A stretch of 64,000 nt of DNA from an uncultured cyanobacterium (GTDB lineage: Bacteria; Cyanobacteriota; Cyanobacteriia; PCC-9006; JAAUQQ01): positions 4,640,001-4,704,000 of the forward strand of contig OY970368.1 of assembly GCA_963718615.1 (NCBI GenBank), in the 5' to 3' direction. Each line of letters begins with the position of its first letter. Position 1 is the stretch's first letter. Made by a program: the position numbers and the translations under genes. Shown here one piece after another: positions 60,722-64,000 of the stretch. Under the pieces are notes generated by a model. The model was not told the origin of the DNA, made no database searches, and saw nothing but the letters and a program-made list of their open reading frames with translations.

Positions 60722-61102
60722 ATGGACTTCAGTCAACTGACGCCTGCGGAAAAGCAAGCCGTGGGTCTTTACTCGCCCTACTACAATCAACAAAACAAGC
60801 GTTCCGTGTTGCCCTTTGCCCTGAGTCTTTACCAACGGGGAGCCGTGGAAGGCGAGCGTCGCATTGAAGGCAGCAGTAGCGTGCCCTTTGTGGCCAGTTG
60901 GTTTGTATCCGCCTTACCTTCAGATATGACCCGCTGCCGCATCCAGTTTGATGGCAATTCCGAGCTGGATTATGAGCTAACCCTGTCCAATCACGAATTT
61001 ATCGATTATCTGATTGATTTGTTGATTAATCACAAGCGACTCAAGATGACGGACTTTTCCCAATCCTTCTACCGTCGCCTCTTGCAGTACGACGAAGGCT
61101 AG
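60722..61102 (+). CDS. ebsA: Type IV pilus/secretion protein EbsA
   Basis: YSPYY...LPFALSLY...GERRIEG...PFVASW...LPSDMTRC...FYRRLL. Confidence 0.85.
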   Translation: MDFSQLTPAEKQAVGLYSPYYNQQNKRSVLPFALSLYQRGAVEGERRIEGSSSVPFVASWFVSALPSDMTRCRIQFDGNSELDYELTLSNHEFIDYLIDLLINHKRLKMTDFSQSFYRRLLQYDEG

Positions 61103-61187
61103 GGCGATCGCCTTTTCCATGCCCGAATCTACTGCTTCCCCTAGAATGTAGGAAAATTGCTGCATTTACGGGTGGGAGAGAGACCGC

Positions 61188-62306
61188 GTGCCGAAGGATG
61201 ATGTGCGAAATCGGGCGAAGCACTTACTGATTGGTTCTGTCGAAGCCCACAGTGGCAAGTCGGCAATGGTGTTGGCCATCCTGCACCAGCTCAAAAGCCG
61301 AGGCTATAACCTGGGTTACGGTAAACCCTTGGGCACTTGTCTCGACAATCCCTTGGGGGCGAGCTGTCAGTCCCCCCACGGAACCCCGGACCTCGTGGAT
61401 GAAGATGTCCGGTTTCTCGCGAGCAGCTTGTCCTTAGCCAGCGAGCAGCTTTATCCCACGCTGTTGCTGCTGGATCAACAAACCATCCAGGAGCGCATGA
61501 GGGGCGACAATGCTGTAGATTATCGAGAGCTGCTCTCCAAATATCAAACCGAGTCCAGCCATGATTTGATTGTGGTGGAAGGTCCGGGCACCCTGGATGA
61601 AGGCTATTTGTTCCATCTGTCGCTTCGAGAAACCGCAGAAGCCTTGAATGCGGCGGTGGTTCTGGTCAGTCGGTTTACCGAGCCCTGGTCTGTGGATTCG
61701 ATTCTGGGGGCGAAGCAGCGCTTGGGGGATGCCGTGCTAGGGGTTGTCTTCAATGATGTGCCTAAGAAACACATTAAGACCGTTCAAACCGTCATCAAAC
61801 CCTATTTAGAAGCCCGGAATATTTTGGTCTTGGGGATCGTGCCCCACAGCGAACTGCTGCGCAGCGTCAGCGTCGCAGAATTGGTGCATCGGCTTGATGC
61901 GACGGTGCTGTGCTCAAAGGAGCGCCTGGATTTGATGGTGGAGAGCCTTTGCATTGGGGCGATGAATGTGAATTCGGCGCTGAAATACTTCCGCAAGGGG
62001 CACAACATGGCGGTGGTGACGGGGGGCGATCGCACGGATCTCCAACTGGCTGCCCTGGAAACCTCCACCCAATGCCTCATTCTCACGGGTCGGGTTGCGC
62101 CGCGTCAGGATATCTTGACCCGTGCTGAAGAAATGGAAATTCCCATTCTCACGGTTGATCTGGATACCCTGACGACGGTGGAACTGATTGACAAAGCCTT
62201 TAGCGAGGTGCGGTTCCATGAGCAGGTGAAGGCCCAGTGTATTTCCCAGATGAGCAGTACTTACTTGGATATCGATCGCCTTACCCAGGCCCTGGGCTTG
62301 ACCTAA
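61188..62306 (+). CDS. Phosphotransacetylase-family BioD-like/DRTGG protein
   Basis: SGKS, GKPLG, VVEG, VVTGGDRTDLQLAALE. Confidence 0.9.
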   Translation: MPKDDVRNRAKHLLIGSVEAHSGKSAMVLAILHQLKSRGYNLGYGKPLGTCLDNPLGASCQSPHGTPDLVDEDVRFLASSLSLASEQLYPTLLLLDQQTIQERMRGDNAVDYRELLSKYQTESSHDLIVVEGPGTLDEGYLFHLSLRETAEALNAAVVLVSRFTEPWSVDSILGAKQRLGDAVLGVVFNDVPKKHIKTVQTVIKPYLEARNILVLGIVPHSELLRSVSVAELVHRLDATVLCSKERLDLMVESLCIGAMNVNSALKYFRKGHNMAVVTGGDRTDLQLAALETSTQCLILTGRVAPRQDILTRAEEMEIPILTVDLDTLTTVELIDKAFSEVRFHEQVKAQCISQMSSTYLDIDRLTQALGLT

Positions 62307-62323
62307 CCTGACCTAACTTGACC

Positions 62324-62917
62324 TCAACAATCGGGGACTTCGTCGGCGAAGGAGGCCCATTTTTCAAATTCAAAGGGTCCGGCAATGGAGCCCCAGACCA
62401 GTTCATCGGTGTCGCGATCGCGCCCTCGGTCCAAGCTGGTGAGCCGCTCGGGAGTCACTTCAAATTCGCTGTCTAGATAGGTTTCCCGGCCCTTGCGCGT
62501 CACCGTACAAGCTTTCCCCGGTTCTACGACGGCTTTGAAGCTGTTGCCGGTCCAGTGGACGAGAAAGGAACAGCCGGGCATTTTCTTGATTTGGCTGGCA
62601 TCAAGCCCCTGTAAGCGCTCCGGCTGGCGCGATGCCCCGTAGAACGCCTCGCCATTTTCGATTTCGTAATTTTCGAGCTCGATGTCGTTTTCCCTCGGGA
62701 CAAACTTAAGGATCCGCGCCCGGTAGGGCAGCATCAGGTCGATATCGTAGGCCTGTTCGAGATAAAGGCTCATGCCCTCCATTAGCGCCCAGGGCAAAGG
62801 CCGCATACAAACGCGGATGTGGGCAAAAAACGGGGGATTCTCAAAAGCCTGGGGCTGATTGCTAAAATCGGCGGCCATCCAGCGGGCCAGCGTTTTAATA
62901 TCCGTAGAGTGAGTCAT
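62324..62917 (-). CDS. cpcT: Phycobiliprotein lyase CpcT/CpeT
   Basis: MTHSTDIKTLARWMAADFSNQPQAFENPPFFAHIRV. Confidence 0.93.
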   Translation of the reverse strand: MTHSTDIKTLARWMAADFSNQPQAFENPPFFAHIRVCMRPLPWALMEGMSLYLEQAYDIDLMLPYRARILKFVPRENDIELENYEIENGEAFYGASRQPERLQGLDASQIKKMPGCSFLVHWTGNSFKAVVEPGKACTVTRKGRETYLDSEFEVTPERLTSLDRGRDRDTDELVWGSIAGPFEFEKWASFADEVPDC

Positions 62918-62963
62918 CTAACCTAGAGATTCGAAAATCATTGTTATGTCTCTAAAATTCTAA

Positions 62964-64000
62964 ATGCTTCCCAGCGACCTCCTGATCAACCGCCTCTCCG
63001 GCGAAGCCATTGTCCCCAAGCGGCTGGAGATCAATGGGGAACATCGGGCGATCGCCCAAAACCTGATCGACTGCTTCGCCGAATTTCGCGGCCAACCCCA
63101 GGGAGAACTCGATCGCCGTCTGACGGAGCTAGAGGGAGACAGTCCTGACTACAAGCTCAAACGGGGGCTGGCCCATTTGCTGCGCAAAGGCTTTTGTACC
63201 TTTGAGGCGGTGAGTCCGCTGGATCCCATTGAACTGCGTCGTCGGGCCTTTGCGAGCGCTGCCCAATCCATCCCCAGCCCCAGCCAAACCGAAGTCACCC
63301 TCACCCAGTTGGCCCAGGAGCTGACCGCAGAACTCGGCCAAGAAGTCTTGGCCCAACAGCTCCGGGATGGTCTCTACGCCGACCTCCCCAGCAACCACAT
63401 CCTGACGGAATACGAAGCCCCCAGCGCCGAAGCGCTCCTGCACCGCTACAACCTTTCCCAGGTCCAGGGCATTTTCTACCAGGCCACCCAGGTCGTCCTC
63501 AATGCCCACCGCAACGACCCCGGCGAATACAAACTGCTGTTTCGCTATCTCAAGCTGTTTCAGCTCATGGCCTACATTGAAGGCGACGCCGACCATGGCT
63601 TTACCATCACCGTCGATGGTCCCACCAGTTTGTTCAAAGCCAGCACCCGCTACGGCCTCTCCCTGGCCAAATTGCTCCCGGCCCTGCTCCACGTCACCCG
63701 CTGGAGCTTGACCGCCCATCTCCAACGCCGGGATTTCTACAGCCGCGAACTGCGCAAGGGTCTGTTTAGTCTTGATTCCGATTGCGGTCTGGTCAGCCAC
63801 TATCCCCCCGGCAAAACCTACGACAGTTTGTTGGAGGAGTCCTTTGTCAAGGGCTGGGAGAAACTCAAAACCGACTGGCGACTAGAGCGGGAAGTGGATT
63901 TGATTCCGATTCCGGGGTCGGTGATGATTCCGGATTTTCGCTTGGTGCATCCGTCGGGACTGTCTTTTCTGCTGGAAATTGTCGGCTACTGGCGACCGGA
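62964..64000 (+). CDS. DUF790-family protein (runs off the window)
   Basis: MLPSDLL...LHRYNLSQVQG...IDGP-like VDGPTSLF...MIPDF...LEIVGYW. Confidence 0.9.
   Translation, partial: MLPSDLLINRLSGEAIVPKRLEINGEHRAIAQNLIDCFAEFRGQPQGELDRRLTELEGDSPDYKLKRGLAHLLRKGFCTFEAVSPLDPIELRRRAFASAAQSIPSPSQTEVTLTQLAQELTAELGQEVLAQQLRDGLYADLPSNHILTEYEAPSAEALLHRYNLSQVQGIFYQATQVVLNAHRNDPGEYKLLFRYLKLFQLMAYIEGDADHGFTITVDGPTSLFKASTRYGLSLAKLLPALLHVTRWSLTAHLQRRDFYSRELRKGLFSLDSDCGLVSHYPPGKTYDSLLEESFVKGWEKLKTDWRLEREVDLIPIPGSVMIPDFRLVHPSGLSFLLEIVGYWRP

Noticed and set aside
63129-63800. 223-aa minus-strand ORF
   Set aside because: Antisense shadow of the DUF790 gene on the plus strand.
1-64000. Frequent GCGATCGC as a novel repeat; rRNA or tRNA genes
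   Set aside because: GCGATCGC is the well-known cyanobacterial HIP1; no rRNA or tRNA was recognised.

Overview
Cyanobacterial chromosome segment: the HIP1 octamer GCGATCGC is abundant, and cpcT, ebsA and cyanobacteriochrome GAF domains are present. The right third (~46-64 kb) is mostly core genes (Uma2, FTR1/Fur, DICT-HD-GYP, two plsC-type acyltransferases, a CBCR hybrid kinase, REC-GGDEF-EAL, MFS, ebsA, cpcT, DUF790). The left two-thirds are accessory. (i) Next to clpB, a small helical effector gene and an NB-ARC/TPR receptor share a 26-aa amyloid-like motif (NLR amyloid-signalling pair). (ii) That receptor is split by an ~11.4-kb decayed integron: intI fragment, attI region, an AraC cluster, an attC, an ~6.2-kb putative single cassette of five peptidoglycan-active enzymes, and hicBA. 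(iii) A second decayed integron lies at 25.4-34 kb, with an intI C-terminal scar, a duplicated attI region built from a 41-42-bp periodic array, attC-bounded cassettes, and IS3/IS21 insertions. (iv) Both integrons have group II intron remnants at attC R'' positions. (v) There is a DUF262+HEPN pair and a TPR-trypsin operon. All calls were made by eye from sequence and motif recall; no database searches were run.
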